Positions 1 through 8,965 of a DNA stretch of 46,813 bases are shown piece after piece. Both the position numbers and the translations under genes were made by a program. Below the pieces are notes generated by a model. The model was not told the DNA's origin, made no database searches, and saw only the letters and a program-made list of their open reading frames with translations. The stretch is taken from contig JBDHDE010000017.1 of NCBI GenBank assembly GCA_039591655.1, positions 1-46,813 on the forward strand, read 5' to 3'. This DNA comes from Gemmatimonadota bacterium. Lineage in GTDB: Bacteria > Gemmatimonadota > Gemmatimonadetes > Gemmatimonadales > GWC2-71-9. Every line of letters begins with the position of its first letter. Positions within the stretch are counted from its first letter, which is position 1.

Positions 1-384
1 GGCTTCCTCGCTCGACTGTTCATCACGGCCTTCGGCCTGTGGATGGCGGATACCATCCTGGGGAACATCCGCTTCGAGGGCGTGTTCTCGCTGTGGCTCG
101 CCGCCTTCCTGCTGGGGGTGGTTAACGCCTTCGTGCGACCGGTTGTCGTGTTCCTCACGTTCCCCATCACCCTCATAACGCTGGGGCTGTTCCTCTTCGT
201 GGTGAACGGCGCCATGTTGATGCTGGTCGCCTGGATAATGCCCTCGTTCCAGGTGGAGGGCCTCGGCTCTGCGATCCTCGCCTCCGTCATCGTGGGTCTG
301 ACCGCGTGGGCGGCGAACGCCTTCGTGGGGAACCAGCGTGTCGAGGTGTGGAAGGTCCGGGCGAAGCAGAAGCCAAACCAGTAG
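1..384 (+). CDS. YvlD/DUF360 (4-TMS phage-holin-like) membrane protein, 5' partial
   Basis: Frame is open from base 1 (GFLARLFITAFGLWMAD...). Hydrophobic, with family motif LGVVNAFVRPVVVFLTFPITLITLGLFLFVVNG. Confidence 0.85.
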   Translation, partial: GFLARLFITAFGLWMADTILGNIRFEGVFSLWLAAFLLGVVNAFVRPVVVFLTFPITLITLGLFLFVVNGAMLMLVAWIMPSFQVEGLGSAILASVIVGLTAWAANAFVGNQRVEVWKVRAKQKPNQ

Positions 385-405
385 CGCACCGCCCCTCACT
401 ACCCA

Positions 406-822
406 TTACGAACCCACCACCACCGCCACCACGTCCCGCGTGCGGCGTCGATTGTCGAGGTTGAGCAGCAGGATCTCCTGCCAGGTACCCAGCTGCAGCT
501 CACCGTCGACGATGGGAACCGCGATGCTGGTCCCCATGAGGGCCGAGCGCACGTGGGAGAAGCCGTTCCCATCCCCGTAGGCCTTGTTGTGCTCGTAATC
601 CAGGGTAGCCGGCGCGATCTGGTCCAGGGCGCGCCGCAGATCCTGGAGGGCACCCGGTTCGTACTCGATGGTGGTGATGGCGCCGGTGGAGCCCGGCAGG
701 TGCACCGTCACGATCCCCGTACGCACGCCCGCCTCCTGCACCAGCGTGCTCACTTCCGGTGAGATGTTGCGGTGGCCGAACTCCTCCTCCAGCGTGAACG
801 TCCAGCGACATGCCATGGTCAT
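406..822 (-). CDS. yjbQ: YjbQ/UPF0047 family protein (secondary thiamine-phosphate synthase-like)
   Basis: Motifs GSTGAITTIEYEPG, DGNGFSHVRSALMG, LGTWQEI. ATG at 822 is preceded by GGAGG. Confidence 0.85.
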   Translation of the reverse strand: MTMACRWTFTLEEEFGHRNISPEVSTLVQEAGVRTGIVTVHLPGSTGAITTIEYEPGALQDLRRALDQIAPATLDYEHNKAYGDGNGFSHVRSALMGTSIAVPIVDGELQLGTWQEILLLNLDNRRRTRDVVAVVVGS

Positions 823-1066
823 GGCGGCTGCCTCCGTGTTTCGATCTGAGCGCGTTCGGGCGCTCGCGCGCCCACCATTCCCGACGCCGAGTCTTCGGTA
901 ACCTAGCACCCGCCTGAGAGGGGCGACACCAAATGGCGCGGCAGGAGTCGCGCGTGATCCGGCTCGCCGCCGGTTCGCTGCCTTCGGCACGGATCCGAGG
1001 TGGGCGGGGTCACAGCGGTTCGACCCCGGAGGCTTCTAGATTGCCGCTTGAACGCCGGACCCGAGA

Positions 1067-1084
1067 GTGTGACGCAGATCACAC
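1067..1084. promoter_or_regulatory. CRP/FNR-family operator (TGTGA-N6-TCACA)
   Basis: GTGTGA-CGCAGA-TCACAC is a perfect match to the CRP consensus, in a divergent intergenic region about 65 nt upstream of the ATG at 1148. Confidence 0.6.
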
Positions 1085-1147
1085 CTCCGTCCCGCACCGA
1101 AACGATGCAAACAAACCACGCCGGGGATGACCCCAAGGAGACCAATC

Positions 1148-2245
1148 ATGACAACCGAGACTCGTAAGCCGCGCCGGACGCTATGGATGACCGGGTGGGC
1201 CGTTGCCAGCCTGGTCGCGTTCGCGCTGGCCGGCTGCTCGGACGGTACGGATCAGGGCGACCCGTACGACCCCGACACGGCGCAGGAAGCGGCGCAGAGC
1301 GTCGTGGACGAGCTGGAGGGCAACCCCGCCCTGCTGAGCCTCAGCATCATGGGCGACGCGCTCCCCAGCTTCGCTGCTGCGCCCCTGGCCGCCACCCTCC
1401 CGGTGGCGCCGCCGGCCCCCGGAGAGGCCAAGCACTGGCTCGACCAGCGGCGTCAGGTCATGGACGACTGGGTGCCGTACGAGGGCGAAGGAATGCTGGA
1501 GGTCGTGTTCCCGCAGGACGTGCTGGGGAAGACGTTCGTGTATGACTCGGCCACGGCCATGTACGTCGTGGACGATGGGGCGACCGGCGCGCCCGCCGAC
1601 GGCATCCGGGTCATCCTCTACGCGGTGGATCCGATCCTGGAGCGGGTGGTCTTCCCGCTGATGGCCATCGGCCATCTGGACCTCGAGGACGCCTCCACGC
1701 CCAGCGCCGACGCCCTCCAGATCACCGCGGTGGTCCAGGGCACCACGGTGCTCGACTACCTGGCCAGCGCCGAAGTCACCACCAGCAGCATTACGTTCAG
1801 CGCCGTTGGCGAGCTGACCGACGGCTCGACCGTGGTCACTTTCAACCTGTCTTCGACCTTCTCGGAGACGACGGGCGCGTCGGTCGACTGGACCGTTACC
1901 GCGCCGAACGCCTCGGTGCGACTCCAGGTCACGGCCCAGCTGAACGCCATCGCCCTCACAATGACCCTCACCCACGGCAACAACTCGCTGGTGTTGCACG
2001 TGGAGGGTGACGATACCTCGTTCGGCGGCACGATCCGCCACAACGGAGAGCTGATCGCCAACATCACGGAGGACATCGAGGGTGGCGTCATCTTCACCGA
2101 TCCGGACGGCAACCCCCTCGAGGGCGCAGAGCTCTTCGCCCTGGCCGTGATCTTCGAGGCCGCCGGCGACGTGCTGGACCATTTCGAGGACCTGTTGGAG
2201 CCGGCCGTGGCCGTGCTACAGATTCCGGTCTTCGCGCTGGACTGA
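1148..2245 (+). CDS. Hypothetical acidic beta-rich lipoprotein
   Basis: AAGGAG RBS before ATG 1148. Basic N-terminus, hydrophobic stretch and lipobox LAG-C. Mature part is Thr/Val/Asp-rich. Confidence 0.75.
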   Translation: MTTETRKPRRTLWMTGWAVASLVAFALAGCSDGTDQGDPYDPDTAQEAAQSVVDELEGNPALLSLSIMGDALPSFAAAPLAATLPVAPPAPGEAKHWLDQRRQVMDDWVPYEGEGMLEVVFPQDVLGKTFVYDSATAMYVVDDGATGAPADGIRVILYAVDPILERVVFPLMAIGHLDLEDASTPSADALQITAVVQGTTVLDYLASAEVTTSSITFSAVGELTDGSTVVTFNLSSTFSETTGASVDWTVTAPNASVRLQVTAQLNAIALTMTLTHGNNSLVLHVEGDDTSFGGTIRHNGELIANITEDIEGGVIFTDPDGNPLEGAELFALAVIFEAAGDVLDHFEDLLEPAVAVLQIPVFALD

Positions 2246-2258
2246 TAAGATGTAGGGC

Positions 2259-3080
2259 ATGCGCCTGATCCGACCGGCCCTCGGCGTGCTCGCAGCCGCT
2301 TTCGCGGCGGGCTGCGGCCCGTCGGGGCCCTCGGAGGCGCTGATCTTCATCGATGGGCGAGCAGTGGCCGCCGCAGGCGACACGCTGCTCGCCTTCTCAC
2401 GTCAGGGCTCCCCGGACGTGACGGTGCGGGACCGCCGCACCGGAGCCGTGTACGCCCGGGGGGTGAACGTGCTCAGCGGTCCCCACCACATCCAGCAAGA
2501 CGCCGGGCGGTGGTACGTCTCGGACATAGAGCAGGGCAGAGCCTCCGTCGCGGTGTTCTCAGCCCGATGGGAGCTGGAGCGGCGCATCCCACTGGAGGGA
2601 ATCGCGTCGGCGCCCCACCAGTTCGCCGTGCTCCCCGACCAACGGATCGTGGTCGAGGCCCCGGACGGGCGGCTCGTGGGCGTCGGCCCGGACAGCGTCC
2701 GGACCTTCGCCCTGGTCGAGCAGAGCTCCCGCACCGGGCTCGTCATGGGCGCGCGCGGCGGGGTGCTCCATGCGGTCCCATCCCATGCCATCACGCTGTA
2801 CAACGAGCGGGGGAACATCCGGTGGCGCCTCCCCTGGCCGTGGCACGAGCGCGCATACGTCAGCGACATCGCGGAGGACGGCCAGGGACGGATCCACGTG
2901 CTGGCCGGGGAGGGGGGCGAAGGAGGACGCGACCAATTCGTCGCCTTCTCGCTCTCGCCGACGACGGGCGAGGTGATTCGCTGGTCGGAGCCAGGTCTCT
3001 CCGCCACGTTCGTGGTGGCACGGTTGGGAGAGTACTCGCAGGACAGCCCGGAGAGATGGCTGCGACAACCTGAGGACTAG
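2259..3080 (+). CDS. Hypothetical lipoprotein, probable beta-propeller (NHL-like)
   Basis: Lipobox AAG-C and repeated blade-like motifs ([34 protein letters not shown]). Stop overlaps the dnaJ stop (CTAG). Confidence 0.7.
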   Translation: MRLIRPALGVLAAAFAAGCGPSGPSEALIFIDGRAVAAAGDTLLAFSRQGSPDVTVRDRRTGAVYARGVNVLSGPHHIQQDAGRWYVSDIEQGRASVAVFSARWELERRIPLEGIASAPHQFAVLPDQRIVVEAPDGRLVGVGPDSVRTFALVEQSSRTGLVMGARGGVLHAVPSHAITLYNERGNIRWRLPWPWHERAYVSDIAEDGQGRIHVLAGEGGEGGRDQFVAFSLSPTTGEVIRWSEPGLSATFVVARLGEYSQDSPERWLRQPED

Positions 3081-4168
3081 TACTTCATCCCCACCGCATC
3101 GGCGAACTGCTTGAGGGCCTTCTCCTGGTCCTTGGTGAGCTTGTCCGGCACGGTAATGGCGATCTCCACGAACTGATCCCCGCGCCGCCGGTTCTTCTCG
3201 ATCCCCTGCCCCTTGATGCGGAACCTGCGCCCCGGCTGGCTGCCCGCGGGGATCTTGAGCACCACGTGCCGCCCATCGATGGTCCGCACCTTGAGCTTGG
3301 TGCCCAGCGCCGCTTGTGCCAGGTTCACCGGCACCGTGCAGTAGAGATCCACCCCCTCGCGCCGGAAGAACCGATCGGGCTGCACCTGGAAGGTCACCAG
3401 CAAATCCCCTGCGGCGGCGCCCCCGGGGTCGCGCTGCCCCTGGCCCTTGAGGCGCACCCGCTGGCCAGAATCGGTACCCGGGGGGACGGTCACGAGTAGA
3501 CGCTTGCTGACGGAGACCTCTCCCTGCCCAGCGCACTTGCCGCAGGCCTCGCTGGGGATCTTGCCCCGGCCGCGGCACGCCGGGCAGGGACGCGTCACGG
3601 CGAAGCCGCCCTGTCCGAAGGTGACTGCACCCCGCCCCTTGCACTCCTGACACTGATTCAGCTGGGCCCCCGGGGCCGCGCCTGACCCGCCGCACGTGGG
3701 GCAGGCCTCCGTCACCCCCACGGTGACCGGGACCTTGCCGCCCAGCGCCGCCGTCCGGAAGGGGATCTCGGCCACCACCTCGATGGGCTCCGCCGCGGCC
3801 GCCCGCTTGCCCTTGCCGAAGATGGACGAGAAGAGATCACCCAGCCCGCCGAACCCCGGGAACCCTCCGAAGTCGAACTCCTCGAAGCGCTGCGAGCCAG
3901 CGCCCTGCGTGCCGCCGCGAGGCTGAAACCCTCCCGCGCCGAACGCCCCGAACCGGCGCATCGTGTCATACTGCCTGCGCTTGTCCTTGTCGCTCAGCAC
4001 CGAGTGCGCCTCCGAGATCTCCTTGAAGCGCTCGGAGGCCGCCTTGTTGTTGGGATTGGCATCAGGGTGGTACTGCTTGGCGAGGCGGCGATACGCCTTC
4101 TTGATCTCCGCCGGCGTCGCCTTGTCCGGCACGCCCAGAACCTGGTAGTAGTCCTTGGCCGCAGGCAT
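3077..4168 (-). CDS. dnaJ: Molecular chaperone DnaJ
   Basis: J domain with HPD, G/F-rich linker, four CxxCxGxG repeats and a C-terminal substrate domain. Confidence 0.97.
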   Translation of the reverse strand: MPAAKDYYQVLGVPDKATPAEIKKAYRRLAKQYHPDANPNNKAASERFKEISEAHSVLSDKDKRRQYDTMRRFGAFGAGGFQPRGGTQGAGSQRFEEFDFGGFPGFGGLGDLFSSIFGKGKRAAAAEPIEVVAEIPFRTAALGGKVPVTVGVTEACPTCGGSGAAPGAQLNQCQECKGRGAVTFGQGGFAVTRPCPACRGRGKIPSEACGKCAGQGEVSVSKRLLVTVPPGTDSGQRVRLKGQGQRDPGGAAAGDLLVTFQVQPDRFFRREGVDLYCTVPVNLAQAALGTKLKVRTIDGRHVVLKIPAGSQPGRRFRIKGQGIEKNRRRGDQFVEIAITVPDKLTKDQEKALKQFADAVGMKY

Positions 4169-4171
4169 GGC

Positions 4172-4849
4172 CTAGGCCTCGCTCTCCGCAGCCATGAAGA
4201 CCACCACCCGGGCCGGTCGAAGGAGCATGCCGCCGAAGCGGTAGCCCACCTGGAGCACCGCGCCCACGGTGCCGTCCTGCTCCGCGGCGGGCGCTGGCAT
4301 CGTCCCGACGGCCTCGTGCTCGTTGGGGTCGAAAGTCACGCCCTCGGTGCCGACCCGCTCGAGACCCATGCGCTCCAGCTCGGCCATCAACTTCCGCTCC
4401 ACCAGGTCCACTCCGGCGATCACGTCGTCGACCTTCCCATGGTTCGCATCGTGGCTCGTCACCCGGGCCAGGTCGTCCACCGCCTCCAGCACGTCCCGCA
4501 CGAGATCCGCCTGGGCCTGGGTGCGCATTTGGGTGCGCTCCCGCGTGACCCGCTTGCGGTAGTTGTCGAACTCCGCCGCCAACCGGAGGTGGCGGTCGTT
4601 GAACGCGTCGAGCTCCTCCGTGAGGCGGCGGATGGTCTCCTCCGGAGCCTCCACCACCCCGCCGGCCGGAGCGCCCGCTGCGGCGCCCTCCACGGCCTGC
4701 GAGGGCCCCCCCTCGGGCTCTACCGCGGCGCCCGGCGCCACCTCAGGATCCACCGTGGGCTCCCCCGGGTCGGCCGGCGGCACTTCCGTGCCCTCCGGCC
4801 CCGGAGTCCGCGCCTGCTTCGCTTTGTGTGACTTCTTTCTTCTTGGCAT
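4172..4849 (-). CDS. grpE: Nucleotide exchange factor GrpE
   Basis: LRLAAEFDNYRKR, FDPNEHEAV, QVGYRFGGMLLRPARVVV. Lies directly upstream of dnaJ. Confidence 0.96.
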   Translation of the reverse strand: MPRRKKSHKAKQARTPGPEGTEVPPADPGEPTVDPEVAPGAAVEPEGGPSQAVEGAAAGAPAGGVVEAPEETIRRLTEELDAFNDRHLRLAAEFDNYRKRVTRERTQMRTQAQADLVRDVLEAVDDLARVTSHDANHGKVDDVIAGVDLVERKLMAELERMGLERVGTEGVTFDPNEHEAVGTMPAPAAEQDGTVGAVLQVGYRFGGMLLRPARVVVFMAAESEA

Positions 4850-4923
4850 GCTCTCGTGACGTTGACGTTCGTGAGTTCACCGTGGCCGGCCCCGCGCGGG
4901 GCCCCCGAAGAATAGCGTGAAAG

Positions 4924-4938
4924 ACAAGAACCGTACCA
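4924..4938 (-). promoter_or_regulatory. Possible sigma54 (-24/-12) promoter for grpE-dnaJ
   Basis: Minus strand TGGTACG-GTTC-TTGT versus consensus TGGCACG-N4-TTGC. Spacing is correct but there are two mismatches, including the -12 C. Confidence 0.35.
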
Positions 4939-4974
4939 AAATCCGCTGCCGAATCGGCACACCGTCCCCGGGAC

Positions 4975-6234
4975 CTATGCCTCCTGGAGCACGCGCCGCA
5001 GCAGGTCCAGCGCCGCCTGAGCGCTGCGCCGCCGCACTTCGTAGCGCCCCCCGGGCAGCCGGCGTGTCACGGCGCGCTCGCGCTCACCGGCGCAGGCGGC
5101 GAGCCACACCGTCCCCGGGGGCTTCTCCGGCGTCCCGCCGGCGGGCCCGGCGATCCCCGTGACCGCTATCCCAGCTCCGGCATCGAACCGCCGGACCACA
5201 CCCCCGACCATCGCCCGGACCACCGGCTCGCTCACTGCTCCATGGGCTCGAATCAGGTCCGCCGGCACCTCGAGGTCCCGGACCTTGGACTCGTCGGCGT
5301 AGCAGATCACGCCGCCCAGGAAGACCTCCGACGAGCCCGGCACCGCCGTCAGACGTCCGCCGAGGAGACCCCCGGTGCACGACTCCGCCACGGCCAGCGT
5401 CATGCCACGGGCCCGGAGCGACTGCAGCACGACGGCTGCCAGGTCGGTATCCCCTGTGCCGTAGTAGTGCACCCCCAAGGCCGGAAGCAGCACCTCGACG
5501 GCGCCCGCCAGCGCCGCTTCGGCCTCGGTCTCGGGAAGCCCCCACGCCGTGAGCCTAAGGTCCACGCCGATCCCCTGGGGCAGATACGCCAGGGTCACCG
5601 GGGCGAGCCGCTCCTCCAGGTGCCCCAGCGCCGTCTGCAGACCCGATTCGGTGATGCCGGTGGTCTTGAGGGTGCGGGACCGGGTCACTCGCGGCGTCTC
5701 CCCGCCACCCGCCACCCGGGCGCGGAGCCGAGGCACCACCTCATCCTCCAGCAGACGCCGCATCTCGCGGGGCACCCCAGGCAGCAGCACCGCGACCCCG
5801 GGGGCACCCTCCAGCCACAGCCCCGGGGCTGTGCCATGCGGGTTGGGCAGGATCTCGGCCCCGCGAGGAACCTCAGCCTGGCCCCGATTGCTGGGAGGCA
5901 TCGGCCGCCCCGGCCTGAGCTCACCCCAGCGCCGCTCCATGGCGGCGAGGTACGCCTCGTCGAGCTCCAGAGGCGCGTCGAACAGCTCGGCCACGGCCGG
6001 CTTGGTGACGTCGTCGCTGGTGGGCCCCAGGCCACCCGTCAGGATCACGCAGCCGGTGCGCTCCAGCGCTCCCGCCACGGCTTCGCGGATGGCCGGCGGG
6101 TGGTCCCCCACGGTGGTCTTGCGCACCACACTGGCTCCCACGTCGGCCAGGGCGCGGGCTATTGCGGCGGCGTTGCTGTCGAGGGTGTAGCCGAGGAGGA
6201 GCTCCGTACCTACGGTGACGACCTCAACTTCCAT
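4975..6234 (-). CDS. cinA: Competence/damage-inducible protein CinA (MocF-like domain + NMN deamidase domain)
   Basis: VGTELLLG, TGGLGPTSDDVT, LPGVPREM, AESCTGGLLG, GAVSEPV, TGIAGP. ATG 6234 overlaps the end of pgsA. Confidence 0.93.
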   Translation of the reverse strand: MEVEVVTVGTELLLGYTLDSNAAAIARALADVGASVVRKTTVGDHPPAIREAVAGALERTGCVILTGGLGPTSDDVTKPAVAELFDAPLELDEAYLAAMERRWGELRPGRPMPPSNRGQAEVPRGAEILPNPHGTAPGLWLEGAPGVAVLLPGVPREMRRLLEDEVVPRLRARVAGGGETPRVTRSRTLKTTGITESGLQTALGHLEERLAPVTLAYLPQGIGVDLRLTAWGLPETEAEAALAGAVEVLLPALGVHYYGTGDTDLAAVVLQSLRARGMTLAVAESCTGGLLGGRLTAVPGSSEVFLGGVICYADESKVRDLEVPADLIRAHGAVSEPVVRAMVGGVVRRFDAGAGIAVTGIAGPAGGTPEKPPGTVWLAACAGERERAVTRRLPGGRYEVRRRSAQAALDLLRRVLQEA

Positions 6235-6889
6235 CGCCGCTGGCACTGGAGGCGGTGGGCGTTCCCCGGAAGAGCGACCGGTACCGGTAGATGTACACGC
6301 CGAGGGAGTAGGCGGTCAGCAGAACGGCAATGGCCAGCGTGATCGCCACCACGGTGCCGTGGAAGCGCTCCCAGAAGGAGCCCATCCATCCCCGCTCCCA
6401 CCCGAACGAGGTCCGCATGTCCTGCCAGGCGAACCAGGCGATCGTCGCGCCGATGAAGATATCCTGTACGATGGTCTTGATCTTCCCGGCGCCCCCGGCG
6501 GCGATCACCACACCGCGCTTCTGCGCCACGTGGCGAAACACCGTCATCGCCACCTCACGCCCGATCAGCAAGATGGCGACCCACAGCGGGAAGCTGCCCC
6601 ACCAGGGGATCTCGTACTGCACCATCCTGCGGGTGATGAAGAAGATCGGGATGAGTGTGGCGATCAGCAGGAGCTTGTCGGCCAGGGGGTCCAGCATCTT
6701 GCCGAGATCGGTGGTCTCGCCGCGACTGCGGGCCAGCTTGCCGTCGTAGATGTCGCTGATGGCGGCGGCCACGAAGACCAGGAACGCAAGGAGTTTGGGA
6801 ACCCAGCCGTCGATGAAAGGCAGCAGGGCGATGACCGGGGCCAGCGCGATCCGGGTGACCGTGAGGATGTTCGGGAGGGTCCAGACCAT
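6224..6889 (-). CDS. pgsA: CDP-diacylglycerol--glycerol-3-phosphate 3-phosphatidyltransferase
   Basis: LPNILTVTRI and the CDP-alcohol motif DIYDGKLAR...GKMLDPLADK. Typical pgsA-cinA linkage. Confidence 0.9.
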   Translation of the reverse strand: MVWTLPNILTVTRIALAPVIALLPFIDGWVPKLLAFLVFVAAAISDIYDGKLARSRGETTDLGKMLDPLADKLLLIATLIPIFFITRRMVQYEIPWWGSFPLWVAILLIGREVAMTVFRHVAQKRGVVIAAGGAGKIKTIVQDIFIGATIAWFAWQDMRTSFGWERGWMGSFWERFHGTVVAITLAIAVLLTAYSLGVYIYRYRSLFRGTPTASSASGDGS

Positions 6890-6900
6890 GTCCCTGCTCC

Positions 6901-7575
6901 CTAGCTCAGCGCCTTGAGCACCAGCTTCGCTGCCGCTTTCAGGGTATCGAACACGCCGTCGCCCGTCGTCGCCACCGACTCGAAGTACGGCGCTCGCTCC
7001 ACCCACGTTCCGTCTACCTGATGGATCAGCATCTCACCCTGATGCCACGGATCGGCCATGGGGCGCTGCCGCGCCGGCTGCTCCACCGGCCACCCGGGGT
7101 TGAGCTGCGCCTGGAGGTCCCTGATGGGAGCGGCGTTGGGCAGATCGCGCTTGTTGTACTGGACCACGAACGGGATCTTGGTCACATCGTACGAGTACTC
7201 GCGCATGTTGTCGTACAGGTTCTGCATCGACTCGAGGTTCGCTTCCATCCGCTCGATCTGACTGTCGGCGACGAAGATGACACCGTCCACACCCTTGAGG
7301 ATGAGCTTCCGCGAGGCGTTGTAGTACACCTGGCCGGGCACGGTGTAGAGGTGGAATCGGGTCTTGAACCCGCGGATGGTACCGAGATCCACGGGCAGGA
7401 AATCGAAGAACAGGGTACGCTCGGTCTCCGTCGCCAGAGACACCATCTTGCCCCGGGTATCGGGCGAGACCTTGTTGAACACGTGCTCCAGGTTCGTGGT
7501 CTTGCCACCCAACCCGGGCCCGTAGTACACGAGCTTGCAGTTGATCTCGCGGGAAGCGTAGTTGATCATCGACAT
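6901..7575 (-). CDS. mglA: MglA family small GTPase
   Basis: [45 protein letters not shown]. Closely resembles Myxococcus MglA. Confidence 0.96.
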   Translation of the reverse strand: MSMINYASREINCKLVYYGPGLGGKTTNLEHVFNKVSPDTRGKMVSLATETERTLFFDFLPVDLGTIRGFKTRFHLYTVPGQVYYNASRKLILKGVDGVIFVADSQIERMEANLESMQNLYDNMREYSYDVTKIPFVVQYNKRDLPNAAPIRDLQAQLNPGWPVEQPARQRPMADPWHQGEMLIHQVDGTWVERAPYFESVATTGDGVFDTLKAAAKLVLKALS

Positions 7576-7590
7576 ATCGGCCGCGCCTCC

Positions 7591-8082
7591 CTAATCCCCG
7601 AACAGCTTGTCGATCTCGTCCTCCGCTCCCTCGAGCACCCGTGGTGGCCGCTCCGGGCCGGACGGTGCTGCACGACTGAACATCTCCTCGAAAACATTAC
7701 TGAGCTCACCCACCGTTTGCCTGACCCGCAGTCGCACCATGCCTACGGTCGTCCTTTGGTCGAATAACACCACCAGGATCACCCGCCTCGCCACGTCGGC
7801 CAGGTACATGGACTCCCTCTCGCCCTGGTGGAACAGGGACGCGAACTCCGGCTCCCCGATCATCTTCGCTAGCTGGTCGTTGGCGCTGAAATCGGCGGCC
7901 GTGAGCGAGGCGAAGGCCGCCGGATCGAAGGAGAGCTGCTCGCCGGCATTCGCCAGCAGCTGACCGGTGCGGTCCACCAGCAGGGCGCACCGGGCATTCG
8001 ACTCCCGCAGCAGGGCGGTCAAATGCTCCGTGATGCGGTGGTAGTCGCTTTCGTTCAGCGACCACGTGCCGGCACCCGTCAT
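7591..8082 (-). CDS. mglB: MglB Roadblock/LC7 protein (GAP for MglA)
   Basis: LLVDRTGQL, FASLFHQGERES, LVVLFDQRTTVGMVRL and acidic C-terminal helix EDEIDKLF. Upstream of mglA. Confidence 0.93.
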   Translation of the reverse strand: MTGAGTWSLNESDYHRITEHLTALLRESNARCALLVDRTGQLLANAGEQLSFDPAAFASLTAADFSANDQLAKMIGEPEFASLFHQGERESMYLADVARRVILVVLFDQRTTVGMVRLRVRQTVGELSNVFEEMFSRAAPSGPERPPRVLEGAEDEIDKLFGD

Positions 8083-8094
8083 CGGCTCCTCGTC

Positions 8095-8364
8095 CTAGCC
8101 AAGTCTCGCCTCCATGCGCCGTACGATTCCTTCGGCGCGGCGCCGCAGCATCGGATGCTGCTCCCACGCGAGATAATCTCTCAGGAGGCGCACCGCCTCC
8201 ACGCTGGGATGCCCGTTGAGATAGCCCAGGGCCGACAGCCGGCGCAAGGGGTGTGCGCTGAACAAGTCCCGGCGGTGCCGGCCCATCGAATGCTGGGCCA
8301 ACGCCGCCCCCACGGCCGCACCCAGTCCCAGCCCAACGAGCAGGGCCCGTCCCCGAGGTCCCAT
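8095..8364 (-). CDS. Small hypothetical protein: N-terminal hydrophobic anchor + HEAT-like helices
   Basis: TGATG coupling to the recR stop. ALLVGLGLGAAVGAALA is followed by RRLSALGYL...LLRDYLAWE. Confidence 0.7.
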   Translation of the reverse strand: MGPRGRALLVGLGLGAAVGAALAQHSMGRHRRDLFSAHPLRRLSALGYLNGHPSVEAVRLLRDYLAWEQHPMLRRRAEGIVRRMEARLG

Positions 8365-8960
8365 CACGTAGTCATCTCCCGACGGGCGGCCAGCGCCTGA
8401 GCGATCGTCACGCCGTCCGCGTACTCAAGATCGCCGCCCACCGGCAATCCCAATGCGATGCGCGTCACACGCAGCTCAGGGCGCTCGATCACACCGCGGA
8501 CATAGGTCGCCGTGACCTCCCCCTCCATGGAGGGATTGGTGGCCACGATCACCTCACGCACCGTGGTGCCGTTCGCGAGGCGGGACTCGAGCCCGGCAAT
8601 CCGCAAATCGTCCGGCCCCACACCGTCCAGGGGCGAGAGGTGGCCGCCCAGCACGTGGTACAGGCCGCGGTACTCTCCGGTCCGCTCGATGGCCCCGATG
8701 TCCGATGCCTCTTCCACGACGCAGACGACGCTCTTGTCGCGGCGCGGGTCTGCGCAGATGGCGCAGGACTCGCCCTCGCCGAGGTTGCCGCACTCGGCAC
8801 AGGGCCGCACCCGCTCCGCCAGCGTCACGAGCGAGGTAGCCAGCCGACGTACGGTCTCCGCCGGTTGCTTGAGCAGATAGTAGGTGAGGCGCGTCGCCGT
8901 CTTCCTCCCGATCCCCGGGAGCTTCGTCAACTCGCCGATCAGCTCGTCGATCGCCGACAC
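8364..8960 (-). CDS. recR: Recombination mediator RecR
   Basis: HhH LPGIGRKTA, C4 zinc finger, Toprim domain (YHVLGGHLSPLDG, ATNPSMEGE, GGDLEYAD). Confidence 0.98.
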   Translation of the reverse strand: MSAIDELIGELTKLPGIGRKTATRLTYYLLKQPAETVRRLATSLVTLAERVRPCAECGNLGEGESCAICADPRRDKSVVCVVEEASDIGAIERTGEYRGLYHVLGGHLSPLDGVGPDDLRIAGLESRLANGTTVREVIVATNPSMEGEVTATYVRGVIERPELRVTRIALGLPVGGDLEYADGVTIAQALAARREMTT

Positions 8961-8965
8961 GGCTC

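Noticed and set aside
1..384. Holin-like gene as evidence of a prophage
   Set aside because: The YvlD/DUF360 family is commonly chromosomal, and there are no phage genes or integrase in the window.
1005..1035. GGTTCGACCCC resembling a tRNA T-loop
   Set aside because: No 5-bp T-stem, acceptor stem or anticodon arm can be built.
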